From assembly GCA_965223425.1 (NCBI GenBank), contig OZ245003.1, forward strand, positions 512,001-576,000: DNA of 64,000 bases. The letters are read 5' to 3'. Below the pieces are notes generated by a model. The model had not been told where the DNA came from, did no database searches, and saw nothing but the letters and a program-made list of their open reading frames with translations. Source of the DNA: Nitrosopumilus sp. (GTDB lineage Archaea; Thermoproteota; Nitrososphaeria; Nitrososphaerales; Nitrosopumilaceae). Shown in pieces: positions 10,731 through 20,410 of the stretch. The translations under genes and the position numbers were made by a program. How positions within the stretch are numbered: position 1 is the first letter of the stretch; the number at the start of each line of letters is the position of its first letter.

Positions 10731-12283
10731 TGGAGTATGCGTTATTGCAGGCAATCTTCTTGCCACTCTTACTGTCCCCAGTAGCTTACATTATTGGAAG
10801 AAAGGCAGGTCCTACGCCTGCAATGTGGTTTACATTTGCAGTTTTGCTTTACACAACAATTCTTGTAATCACTGCTGCACTATCTGGAACTGTAGAGGAG
10901 CATTACCCATGGACAGAGTTCTTCGGTGAATTTGGTTTCTTGCTTGATGGCTTGGCATCGCCGTTTGCTATAATCATCTATGTCCTATCCACAATTCTGG
11001 CACTTTACTCAAAACCATACATGATTCACAAATTCCACGAGCAATTCAAAGAGGAGCAAAAAACCAATGCCTCCACGAGTGGACAAACGTCCGTAGTTGA
11101 ATCATCTTCCCTTTCAAATTATGTCAATGCAAAGTCCGGACTCTACTTTGCACTTTATCTGGTCTTTGCAATGGGAATGCTTGGAACAGTACTTGCAACA
11201 AACCTGATTGAATTTTACTTGTTCTTTGAATTCATGCTGATTCCGGGTTTCTTTTTGGTTGCTCTTTGGGGCGATGGTCCAAGAAGAAAGATTGGCTTAA
11301 TGTTCCTATTTTGGACTCATGCCGGTGCAGTTGTTTTGCTGTTGGGCTTTTTGATGATAGGCCTTACCATTGGAAGTTTTGACTTTGCCGATATCAAAGA
11401 GTCAGAAATACCGCAAGACATTGTAATGATTTCTGCCATTGCAATTGCAATAGGTCTTGGTGTCAAGCTAGCAGTCTTTATGTTCCATATTTGGTTGCCA
11501 TATGTACACGGCTCTGCACCTACGCCAATCAGCGCATTATTGTCTCCAGCCATGATCGGAATTGGTGCCTATGGTATTTTCAGGCTAATTGTAGAGTTCT
11601 TGCCTTCAACGTTTGCCGACCTTGCAATATGGTTCCACATCTGGGGTCTTGTTACAATGATTTATGGCGGAGCAATGGCACTGATGCAAGATGATCTAAA
11701 ACGTCTTTTGGCATACTCTAGCATCAGTCAAATGGGTTATCTCTTGTTTGGTATTGGTTCAATGTCCGCCCTTGGACTTGCAGGTGCAGAGATGATGTAT
11801 GTAACACATGCACTTGGAAAAGGAATTCTCTTCATGATGGCCGGAATCATCATCGTTAAGGTTGGAACTAGAAGCATCTCCAAACTTGGTGGATTAGCTG
11901 GAAAAATGCCAATCACTGCAACTTGTGCAGTGATTGGTGCTCTAACAATCATGGGAATTCCACCAACCAGTGGATTTATGGGGGAATGGATTCTGTTTTA
12001 TGGCGCATTAGAGACTGCAATTGAAGAAGGCTCTACACTTAGGGCCGTGACATTTGGTCTGGGTCTTGTTGCAACTGCACTTACAATGTCTTACATGCTT
12101 TGGATGCTAAAACGCGTATTCTTTGGAAAAACACCTGAACGTCTTGACAAAGTCAAAGAAGGAAGCTGGTACATGACTGCACCAATGATGGTGTTGGCAG
12201 GATTTACTATTGTGGTGGGAATTTATCCAGATATTTTCCTGAAAACAATAATTCCGTACATGAATGGGGTGCTGGGAGTCTAG
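10730..12283 (+). CDS. nuoM: Complex I subunit M
   Basis: FHIWLPYVHGSAP, DLKRLLAYSSISQMG, GFMGEW. Confidence 0.93.
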   Translation: MEYALLQAIFLPLLLSPVAYIIGRKAGPTPAMWFTFAVLLYTTILVITAALSGTVEEHYPWTEFFGEFGFLLDGLASPFAIIIYVLSTILALYSKPYMIHKFHEQFKEEQKTNASTSGQTSVVESSSLSNYVNAKSGLYFALYLVFAMGMLGTVLATNLIEFYLFFEFMLIPGFFLVALWGDGPRRKIGLMFLFWTHAGAVVLLLGFLMIGLTIGSFDFADIKESEIPQDIVMISAIAIAIGLGVKLAVFMFHIWLPYVHGSAPTPISALLSPAMIGIGAYGIFRLIVEFLPSTFADLAIWFHIWGLVTMIYGGAMALMQDDLKRLLAYSSISQMGYLLFGIGSMSALGLAGAEMMYVTHALGKGILFMMAGIIIVKVGTRSISKLGGLAGKMPITATCAVIGALTIMGIPPTSGFMGEWILFYGALETAIEEGSTLRAVTFGLGLVATALTMSYMLWMLKRVFFGKTPERLDKVKEGSWYMTAPMMVLAGFTIVVGIYPDIFLKTIIPYMNGVLGV

Positions 12284-12284
12284 T

Positions 12285-14366
12285 ATGGCAACTGAATCTA
12301 TTGGATTGCCATTTGAACCAAGTACTCTAAGTGCATGGCTTGTTTGGATACTGCCATTTGCTGCTGCATTAATCATGCCGGGAGTTGGAAAATTATCAAA
12401 ACATGTAACTGGATATGTTGCAGTTGGATTTGCTTTGATGAGTGCACTGTCTGCTGCATCAATGCTTCCTGTGGCTTTGGAGGCACATGAACTACATCAT
12501 CAAATTATGTGGATCGAGTCAATTGGTTTGAAAGGCGGCGTGCTAGCTGATCCGCTTTCTATAATCATGGCAAATGTTGTTGGTTGGATTTCATTTCTGA
12601 TTATGATTTACAGTACGGGATACATGAAAGGAGATAAAGACATTGCAAGATTCTGGTTCTGGATGATGTTCTTTATCGGTTCTATGCAGTTAATCGTCCT
12701 GTCTGATAACTTACTTCAAGTGTTCTTTGGATGGGAGGGTGTGGGACTTGCATCCTATGCATTGATCAGCTTTTGGTATCGTGATAAAAAGAAAGATCAT
12801 GTCGGTACTGAAGGAAGAACTGTTCTTGGTATGCTGGATTACTACTCCCCAACACATGCTGGTATGAAGGCATTCATCATGACCAAAGTTGGCGATGTGA
12901 TGATGATTGCAGGAATGCTTTTGATATTCTTGTTTGCAGGCACGTTTGGTTTCAAGGAATTAATGGGGGATACTGCGTGGGCCACTGCGATGTCCGCAGA
13001 GGGCCTCTTGGTTCCTGCATTTGTTTTGCTCTTTGGAGGCGCTATAGGAAAATCTGCCCAGTTCCCACTAAACGAGTGGCTATTGGAGGCAATGACTGGC
13101 CCTACCGCAGTTTCTGCATTGATTCATGCAGCAACTATGGTAAAGGCAGGCGTCTTCTTGGTTGCAAGAATTGGCCCTCTTGTTTTTGCATTGGCTGCTG
13201 CAGGAATTCTTGCAGAACAATTCTTTGAGATTGTTGCTTGGGTTGGCGCAATAACAGCTCTGCTGCTAGCTACGCAAGGAATGGTTAACGGGGAAATCAA
13301 GAAGGTTCTTGCATACTCCACTGGTTCCCAAATTGGTTATATGATGATGGCATTAGGTGTTGCCGGACTATCTCATCAATACGTTGATGGCTATACTGCA
13401 GGATTTTTCCATTTGATTTCTCATGCAATGTTCAAGGCTTCGTTGTTCATGGCAGCAGGCTCTTTGCTGCACATCGTTGGCTCTCGATTTATGAGTGATA
13501 TGGGAGGTCTGAAAAAACACATGAAGAAGACATATGCATTCATGTGGGCAGCCGGCCTTGGTTTGATGGGTGCGCCATTTATCACGACAGGTTTCTGGAG
13601 CAAGGATGCAATATTTGCAGCAGTTTATGAATCTGGAAATGAGTGGGCATTGCCACTGTTTGCAATTGCTGTATTGACTGCAGTGATTACTGCATTTTAC
13701 ACTACAAGGATGATTGGAATGGTCTTCTTTGGAAAGAAGAGCAAACATATCGAAAAGATGGAAGAGGAAGAAGGACATCACATCCATGAGGCATCAATAT
13801 CAATGTGGGCTCCCTATGGAATTCTTGCAGTTCTTACTGTTGGAATCGGTCTTGTCGGATTATCGACTGAAGAAGGACTGCACCATTTGTTTACCGAATA
13901 TCTTGAGCACTCGTTTGGTATTCACACTGAACATCTTGCAGTAGAGGCTTCAATTCTGCCAGAATTCTTGCAAGGACTTAATCCTGTCGCACTTGGTGCA
14001 TCATTGGCAGCATTTTCTATTGGAATCGGATTAGGCTACATCTTCTATATTGGCAGATGGGTTGATCCTGTAAAATTTGTAAACTCTAACATTTTCTTTT
14101 ATGCAATTCACAAAGTTTTCTTAAACAGATGGTATCTTAACGCAATAATCTATTGGTGCTTTGTTACAGCACCATTATGGTTGGCAAGAGGTGTGTTCAG
14201 ATACTTTGAGAGAACAGCCATTGATTACGGTATGAATGATGGATTCCAGAAAGCAGCCGGATGGGGTGCAAGAGTTGTACAAGGCACTCAAACTGGCGTC
14301 TCGCAGTCATATCTATTCGTATTTGGAGCAGGACTACTATTCGTGGTTCTGATGTTGTTGATGTAG
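12285..14366 (+). CDS. nuoL: Complex I subunit L
   Basis: GKSAQFPLNEWLLEAMTGPTAVSALIHAATMV. Confidence 0.95.
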   Translation: MATESIGLPFEPSTLSAWLVWILPFAAALIMPGVGKLSKHVTGYVAVGFALMSALSAASMLPVALEAHELHHQIMWIESIGLKGGVLADPLSIIMANVVGWISFLIMIYSTGYMKGDKDIARFWFWMMFFIGSMQLIVLSDNLLQVFFGWEGVGLASYALISFWYRDKKKDHVGTEGRTVLGMLDYYSPTHAGMKAFIMTKVGDVMMIAGMLLIFLFAGTFGFKELMGDTAWATAMSAEGLLVPAFVLLFGGAIGKSAQFPLNEWLLEAMTGPTAVSALIHAATMVKAGVFLVARIGPLVFALAAAGILAEQFFEIVAWVGAITALLLATQGMVNGEIKKVLAYSTGSQIGYMMMALGVAGLSHQYVDGYTAGFFHLISHAMFKASLFMAAGSLLHIVGSRFMSDMGGLKKHMKKTYAFMWAAGLGLMGAPFITTGFWSKDAIFAAVYESGNEWALPLFAIAVLTAVITAFYTTRMIGMVFFGKKSKHIEKMEEEEGHHIHEASISMWAPYGILAVLTVGIGLVGLSTEEGLHHLFTEYLEHSFGIHTEHLAVEASILPEFLQGLNPVALGASLAAFSIGIGLGYIFYIGRWVDPVKFVNSNIFFYAIHKVFLNRWYLNAIIYWCFVTAPLWLARGVFRYFERTAIDYGMNDGFQKAAGWGARVVQGTQTGVSQSYLFVFGAGLLFVVLMLLM

Positions 14367-14378
14367 GGGATTGATGGG

Positions 14379-15863
14379 ATGTTAGAGATTACTTCCACTC
14401 CGTTGGTGCTAATTGCAATACTGGGAACTGTTGGGGTTGTTTTACCAATCATTAGCATTGCAAGAAAAGAACAGGGCTCCAACTCATTTTATGCTGTAAT
14501 TGCATTTGCGGCACTAATCGCATCTATGGGATACGTTGGTTATCAATTTATCAATGATAATGTGGCAGTATCTGCCCTTTTCTCTGAAGACGTGCTAGTT
14601 GATGACGCATTTGGTGGATTCTTTGCAATAGCAATGCTAATTGTAGCTTTGTTCACCACAGTCGGTTCTTTTAATTATATGAGAAAACACAATTCTCCTG
14701 CAGTTTACTATTCCCTAATCTTGCTTGCAACAATCGGTATGGTGCTAGTTGCATATTCTACTGATTTGGTAATGTTGTTTGTTGCATGGGAGCTTATGAG
14801 TATTCCAACATACATTTTGGTTGGATTTATGAAAAAGAATCCAAGCTCAAATGAGGCTGCTCTAAAATATTTCTTGTTTGGTGCGCTATCATCTGCAATA
14901 ATTGTTTACGGAATTTCAATCTCATACGGATTAACTGGTTCTACAAACATTGGAGAAGTTATTCAAGGTTATTCAACACTGGATCCGTCTCTGTTGCCAT
15001 TGGCACTGCTTTCTGTTGGAATGTTTATTGCAGGGTTTGGATTCAAAATGGGACTTGTGCCTTTCCACCAATGGCTCCCAGATACTTATGAGGGAGCGCC
15101 ATCACCAATTACAGCTCTTCTTGCTGCAGCAACCAAGAAGGCAGGATTTGCAGCAACAATCAGAATTGTAATTCTTGGAATGGTTGTTCTAAATCTTGAT
15201 TGGACAATAGCTCTTGGAATTCTTGCGGTAATGACAATGACTGTTGGTAATGTTGCCGCAATCATGCAAAAGAACCTCTCCAGAATGCTGGCGTATTCCA
15301 GTATTGCACATGCAGGATACATTCTGATTGGACTTGCAGTTGCCCCATACAGCTCACTTGGCTTGCAAGGTTCTTTGTATCAAATTCTAAATCATGCAGT
15401 AATGAAAGGCGCTGCCTTTATTGCAATTGCAGGACTAGTAACTACTCTTGCTGTGACTAACATCGATAAACTAAAGGGACTGGGAAGAAGAATGCCTATC
15501 ACTGCATTGGGTCTGGTCGTCTCATTATTTGCACTTGCTGGCATTCCACCACTTGCAGGTTTTTGGAGTAAATTGATGTTGTTTGGCAGTGCCCTGGATG
15601 CAAGTACTGCATTATGGTGGGCACCATGGCTTGCAATTGCTGGCGTGCTTAACAGTGCATTATCACTTGCCTACTATGGTTGGATTACAAGAAAGATGTA
15701 CTTTGAAGGAGAAAAAGAAAAGAGAATTGCAGAACCAAAACCTGTCGTTGCTATTATGATTACCTCGATACTTTTCTTGGTCGGATTTGGCATATACCCA
15801 GAACCAATTCTCAAATTTGTGGAGATGGCAGCCCCTGTTATCAGCTTGGGTATTATGCCTTGA
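14379..15863 (+). CDS. nuoN: Complex I subunit N
   Basis: EAALKYF, PFHQWLPDTYEGAP, GIPPLAGF. Confidence 0.95.
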   Translation: MLEITSTPLVLIAILGTVGVVLPIISIARKEQGSNSFYAVIAFAALIASMGYVGYQFINDNVAVSALFSEDVLVDDAFGGFFAIAMLIVALFTTVGSFNYMRKHNSPAVYYSLILLATIGMVLVAYSTDLVMLFVAWELMSIPTYILVGFMKKNPSSNEAALKYFLFGALSSAIIVYGISISYGLTGSTNIGEVIQGYSTLDPSLLPLALLSVGMFIAGFGFKMGLVPFHQWLPDTYEGAPSPITALLAAATKKAGFAATIRIVILGMVVLNLDWTIALGILAVMTMTVGNVAAIMQKNLSRMLAYSSIAHAGYILIGLAVAPYSSLGLQGSLYQILNHAVMKGAAFIAIAGLVTTLAVTNIDKLKGLGRRMPITALGLVVSLFALAGIPPLAGFWSKLMLFGSALDASTALWWAPWLAIAGVLNSALSLAYYGWITRKMYFEGEKEKRIAEPKPVVAIMITSILFLVGFGIYPEPILKFVEMAAPVISLGIMP

Positions 15864-16704
15864 ACGAAGTAAAATTAATTAAATTATCCAAATTTACCTT
15901 TGAATCGCTGTCTGGAATTTTTCTTAAACCAATCCTAGCTTTTTCAGCATATTCTTTTAACAGTTCTTCCATTTTGTTAAAAACATCTCTTGGATCTGAA
16001 CTTTTCTTAATTAGGATGTTAAACAATTTGTCCTCGTTTTTCCAATCTAACAAATCATCTCTGATTTGATATGCAACTCCAATATTTTTACCGTATACAG
16101 TTAGTGCCTCAATTTGTTCCTCTGTTCCATTTGCAATAATTGCACCTGTTCTGGCTGCAACTTCGAATGCCGTTGCTGTCTTGTATTCGATTACTCTGAG
16201 ATAATCATCAAACGTGACATCTTCACTTGCCTCTAGTCTACTTTCGATCATTTCTCCCTCACTCATCAACATGGCAGTGGTGGCCAAATCTTTTGTAATT
16301 CTGGCGTTGTCCAGTCTGGAAGATATTGCTAGAATCAATCCTAAAACAAAGTCTCCTGTAAGGACACTTGTGTTGTATCCATATTTGATGTGAAATGGAT
16401 CCTTCTGCCTTCTCATAGTTTCATTATCAATGATATCGTCATGGATGATTGATTCCATGTGTAGAAATTCAACGGCGCAAGATGCTGCAAATGTGTTTTC
16501 GTCAATCTTTCCCACACTTTCAGCGGCCAAAATCAAAATAATGGGCCTAATTCGCTTTCCACCATCTAAGGAGTATTTTAGCGGCTCGATGAATTCTGAT
16601 TCAGAATAAAGATCTAGTTCTTTCTCCAAGGCATGGTCGATTTTTTCAATATATTTGCCATAGGTTTCAAGCAGGGGATTAATCTCAATATTTTTCCTAT
16701 CCAA
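15853..16704 (-). CDS. Polyprenyl diphosphate synthase
   Basis: GGKRIRP, IHDDIID..RR, YQIRDDLLD. Confidence 0.92.
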   Translation of the reverse strand: MDRKNIEINPLLETYGKYIEKIDHALEKELDLYSESEFIEPLKYSLDGGKRIRPIILILAAESVGKIDENTFAASCAVEFLHMESIIHDDIIDNETMRRQKDPFHIKYGYNTSVLTGDFVLGLILAISSRLDNARITKDLATTAMLMSEGEMIESRLEASEDVTFDDYLRVIEYKTATAFEVAARTGAIIANGTEEQIEALTVYGKNIGVAYQIRDDLLDWKNEDKLFNILIKKSSDPRDVFNKMEELLKEYAEKARIGLRKIPDSDSKVNLDNLINFTSFKA

Positions 16705-16745
16705 GATAATCTGATCAAAAAACTTTGTTATTACTAATTAAATCT

Positions 16746-16839
16746 TGGTGCTCCAGCCGGGATTTTCATCGATTGATTTTGAACCCGGGATCACTGCCTT
16801 GAAAGGGCAGTATGCTTGACCGGTCTACACCACTGGAAC
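16746..16839 (-). tRNA. tRNA-Glu(UUC) with encoded CCA and a 15-nt intron in the T-loop (16763-16777)
   Basis: Acceptor GTTCCAG/CTGGAGC; anticodon arm CTGCC-CT TTC AA-GGCAG; 22-nt T-loop folds as a bulge-helix-bulge. Confidence 0.92.
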
Positions 16840-16919
16840 CCAAGAAAATTCAGTATTTTGACCATAAAATCTTTTGTAAACCACAAAGATTTTTTTATTG
16901 GCAAATTTGGAGATGAAAC

Positions 16920-17552
16920 ATGGGTATTGTAAAAAGAATTGATGAAATGATTGAAGAAAGAAGTTTACTAAAACATTCATTCTATCAGATGTGGTCTGAT
17001 GGAAAGTTAACGCAAGAATCCTTGGCAGGTTATTCTAAAGAATATTTTCAACTTGTAAAAGCGGTTCCGTCCTTTATGACTCCAATTATTGAACAAGCTC
17101 CTGATTCAGTAGTTAATGAACTAATTGCAAATCAACAGGAAGAATCTGATCATGTACGCCCATGGATTAGCTTTGCCGGAGAACTTGGTATAACTGAAGA
17201 AGAACTCGTTCCCTACACCGGACTGGTCAAAACCCGTAAAGCAGTATCTGATTTGAGCGAATTGATGAGCTCCTTTGAGAGTGGAGCATGCGCAATGTAT
17301 GCTTTTGAAAAAGAAATTCCTAAAATCAGCCAAACAAAGCTTGATGGTTTAGCAGAATTTTATGGAATGACCACTGATGAGGCAACAGAATACTTCAAAC
17401 TCCATACCGAGGCTGACATTAGACATGCGGCATCATGGAGAAACATTCTAGAAAACTCTTCAGCTGATTCAAACAACTTGCTTGAGATTGCAGACAAGTC
17501 CATTTCAGCACAAAACCTGTTGCTTGATAGTTGTTATGAAGAATATTGCTAG
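16920..17552 (+). CDS. PqqC/TenA/CADD-like heme-oxygenase-fold protein
   Basis: LLKHSFYQMWSDG, EESDH, YFKLHTEADIRH. Confidence 0.85.
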   Translation: MGIVKRIDEMIEERSLLKHSFYQMWSDGKLTQESLAGYSKEYFQLVKAVPSFMTPIIEQAPDSVVNELIANQQEESDHVRPWISFAGELGITEEELVPYTGLVKTRKAVSDLSELMSSFESGACAMYAFEKEIPKISQTKLDGLAEFYGMTTDEATEYFKLHTEADIRHAASWRNILENSSADSNNLLEIADKSISAQNLLLDSCYEEYC

Positions 17553-17593
17553 TCTCATAACATTTTATACCTAAGAAAAAGTTCATCTGCTTA

Positions 17594-17667
17594 GGGCCCG
17601 TAACTCAGCTTGGTAGAGTAACCGGCTCATAACCGGTGAGCCAAGGGATCGAAGCCCTTCGGGCCCA
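17594..17667 (+). tRNA. tRNA with CAU anticodon, most likely tRNA-Ile2
   Basis: Cloverleaf with GGGCCCG/CGGGCCC acceptor stem typical of archaeal tRNA-Ile; anticodon loop CT-CAT-AA. Confidence 0.88.
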
Positions 17668-17715
17668 TACCCCACTTGATCCTTTATTTGGTCACATGAT
17701 TATAGAGGTGATACT

Positions 17716-17972
17716 ATGACTAATACTGACTATTCTTTAGAGAATTTATCAGACATTTCCCCCTTTGAGAATTACACTGCTGCAATAAGGGATAAATCTA
17801 CTCGAAAAAAATATGCAGTACATCCATTTTATGCAAAAGAAAAAATTTGATCACTAGTAAGAGTGCCAAGCTATCAAGAGAAGATAAAAAGTATGCTGAA
17901 AAAAAGGGAGTAAAAATTGATCGTATTAGTGCAAAATCCCGCCCAAAAAAGAAAAAATCATGGTGGGAATAA
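17716..17972 (+). pseudogene. Chimeric remnant: probable integrase N-terminus joined to a probable Mrr-like nuclease C-terminus
   Basis: GAGGTGA RBS, then MTNTDY..SPFENYTAAIRDKSTRKKY; frameshifted LITSKSAKLSREDKKYAEKKGVKID. Family assignments are by eye. Confidence 0.4.
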
Positions 17973-17981
17973 TATTCTATA

Positions 17982-18608
17982 TTATAACTCAGTAGACATT
18001 TTTTTAAAATTATTTTTAATATAATTTTTCACCAAATCTTCACCTCTTTGAAAATTATTCAAATGAGATTCATCCTCATTTTTTTGTTCATCAATAATAT
18101 GCAAAACTAGTTTGTTTTTAGGCAATCTCGTCATCCAACCATAAATATTACATTGGTCAATTGCATATTGACGTATTTTTTTTAATTGTCGTCTTGAAGA
18201 CATGAATTTTGCTTCAAAAATAGTGTCATCATTTTTGCCATCCAATCTGCCAGTGATAAAATATTCTTTCTCATCAACAGTGATTGCTTTCTTGATGAAA
18301 TCCTTTTCAAATCCTTTACTAACAAAGCCATTTGTTGCATGCAAAAATGAGCCTAATCTCATGGCAGCTTCTTTAGAAGACAGTCTTTTAATGCGATCTT
18401 CAAGTTCCTGAATAGTCATTTCTCCTATTAGTTTGGTTTTATCCTCACCATCTCTATAATGAATATCCTCCAAGATGGTACTAACTGAGATCGCCAAATG
18501 TTCATGAGATGTCTCATCAAGATTAAACATAGGCCAAGTACCATCTTCAGCAGGTCTTTTAATAATAAAATCACCACATAAATGACAATTCGTTTTAAAA
18601 TCACTCAT
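17982..18608 (-). CDS. PD-(D/E)XK nuclease (RecB/Cas4-like) with an N-terminal Zn-ribbon-like motif
   Basis: ITGRLDG..IFEAKF..DQCNIY nuclease motifs; N-terminal CHLC..W..H. Confidence 0.7.
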   Translation of the reverse strand: MSDFKTNCHLCGDFIIKRPAEDGTWPMFNLDETSHEHLAISVSTILEDIHYRDGEDKTKLIGEMTIQELEDRIKRLSSKEAAMRLGSFLHATNGFVSKGFEKDFIKKAITVDEKEYFITGRLDGKNDDTIFEAKFMSSRRQLKKIRQYAIDQCNIYGWMTRLPKNKLVLHIIDEQKNEDESHLNNFQRGEDLVKNYIKNNFKKMSTEL

Positions 18609-18729
18609 GATGATAACATCATAACCTCATCTAAAAATATGACTTACTCCTAGTCAAATGATGGTTACTTTTATATCAATTAAAAAATTCTCAATAGGCT
18701 TAAATCTTCATAATCCTTCTTGAATCTAA

Positions 18730-19284
18730 ATGGGATTAGACGTTTTTGATGCAATCGCATTAACTATTCATGCAAACAACGATGAAATCGCAAGTAAAAC
18801 AACAATACAGAAATTAATTTACTTTCATACGGTTACGATCAAGAATTTAGACATTTCAAACTATACTCATTATTTCTATGGTCCATTTAATCGAGAAGTA
18901 TCAACTGCATTAGAAGATATGTCTGAATTCTCATATATTGACCAAAATATCATTTCAGGATACTATGAAACTTACAATTACAGATTAACAGATAACGGAA
19001 TCAAATATGCTGAAACTGCAATGGGAAAATATTCTGATGAATTCAAAACAATTTCTAAAACTATCGAGATATGTAATGAATACTGCGAACTAAAACCAAC
19101 ACCATTATCATATGCAGCAAAGGCACACTATATTTTAGCAAACTCTAAAAATCAATTTAAAGACAAATATTCAGCAGAAGATGTAAAAACAATTGCAAAA
19201 GACTTTGATTGGAATATTTCCGCAAAAGATGCATTAACTGGACTCACATTACTTCAAAACCTCGACCTTGTCTCTACCTTATAG
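18730..19284 (+). CDS. YwgA/Panacea(SocA)-like winged-helix protein
   Basis: KTTIQKLIYF...YTHYFYGPFNREV; overlaps the downstream HD gene. Confidence 0.65.
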   Translation: MGLDVFDAIALTIHANNDEIASKTTIQKLIYFHTVTIKNLDISNYTHYFYGPFNREVSTALEDMSEFSYIDQNIISGYYETYNYRLTDNGIKYAETAMGKYSDEFKTISKTIEICNEYCELKPTPLSYAAKAHYILANSKNQFKDKYSAEDVKTIAKDFDWNISAKDALTGLTLLQNLDLVSTL

Positions 19285-19654
19285 TTATTTTAGATCCAAA
19301 GCAATCAGAGATCCACTTTATGGATTCATTGATCTTTCTGAATTAGAAACTAAAGTAATAGATACTGAAATTTTTAGAAGACTGCAATTTATCAAACAAC
19401 TCTCTCATGCATATGTTGTTTATCCATCATCAATTCATACTAGATTTGAACATTCTCTAGGAACATTATATGTATCAAATATCATGGCAAACGAATTAGG
19501 ATTTACAAAACAAGACGATGTTGAAAGAATAAGATTATCCTGTTTGTTGCATGATATTGGGCATGGTCCATTTTCTCATTTATTTGAGTCTATAATAGAA
19601 AAAATCAACCCAACAATTCCAGAACCACATGAGAAAATATCAAAAATTATGATT
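19268..19654 (+). pseudogene. SAMHD1/YwfO-like HD dNTP triphosphohydrolase, truncated after about 128 codons by an IS remnant
   Basis: IRDPLYG, FRRLQFIKQL, HTRFEHSLG, LLHDIGHGPFSHLFE; sequence then switches abruptly to GC-richer unrelated DNA. Confidence 0.8.
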
Positions 19655-20060
19655 AGACTTTATGCACAATTGAATCATAAAAATTTTTCCGAAAGATTTA
19701 GATCCATTTTGATCGCCACAACAGGTAATGGAATCTACAGAACAGACTATACGCAGGCTGCAAAGGGAGCTCAAGCAAAAGGACACAGCAATCAAGCAGA
19801 ACAACATGCACGCCATCGGAAGAATAAAGCAGTGGGCAAGGATGACAGACCCGTACGACGGCACGGTAGAAGAGTTTCGCGAGGAGCTTGCCGTGTGTAC
19901 AGGCCTTGTAAACTTTGGTTTGCTGTGGGATGCGAAAAGAAAGCGGCCGTCACTTGATTATTGATGTATGATACGGGGTGCATGATGCACTGGAATGGTG
20001 CGCATATATGCGCTTGAATTCTCCCGGATCTGCTGAGTGATCGTATATTTTGTGCCAGAC
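19655..20060 (+). mobile_element. Internally deleted IS remnant; ORF 19728-19964 resembles the C-terminus of an IS5-like DDE transposase
   Basis: HAIGRIKQWARMTDPYDGT..EF..EL..CTGLVNF pattern; GC shift; right boundary uncertain. Confidence 0.55.
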
Positions 20061-20095
20061 GGGGTTATTTTTTGGACTTGCTTGCCTTTGTATCT

Positions 20096-20200
20096 TGATG
20101 GCTTGCGCTGTAGAAAAAAAATTTGACGTCATTTACAGAGGGGTTGATAGCAGAGAGAGAGAAAATCCTGATGGCTTGCGCTGTAGAAAAAAAATTTGAC
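20096..20200. repeat. Two identical 32-bp direct repeats (20096-20127, 20169-20200) with a 41-bp gap
   Basis: TGATGGCTTGCGCTGTAGAAAAAAAATTTGAC x2. Confidence 0.9.
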
Positions 20201-20410
20201 TGGTCAATATGCATAATGTCTAATAAAAAAATAAAATTATGACGCCTAAATTGAATCTTAACGTAAAAGCAAAATATTCTGAGGCCCTTCGGGCCCATTA
20301 TATTTCCATTAGTTTTTAAAATAAGCAAGTCTAAAACTTACTGGCCGCAATGAAGAATCAGAGTTATATCTGAACGATGATTGGAAGGCATTTGTCTGAG
20401 CTGCCAATAC

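Larger units (their letters stand above)
17654..20298. mobile_element. Decayed genomic islet integrated at the 3' end of tRNA-Ile2
   Basis: 15-bp GCCCTTCGGGCCCAT at 17654-17668 (tRNA end) repeated at 20284-20298; accessory and broken genes between. Confidence 0.85.

Noticed and set aside
5476-15863. Complex I lacking nuoEFG, with M before L
   Set aside because: Standard arrangement in ammonia-oxidising archaea; not novel.
19268-19957. 229-aa HD protein as an intact gene
   Set aside because: The last ~100 residues are read-through into IS-derived DNA and lack the downstream HD-family motifs.
20096-20200. CRISPR array call
   Set aside because: Only two repeats, no palindrome or typical repeat ends, no cas1/cas2; kept only as a direct repeat.
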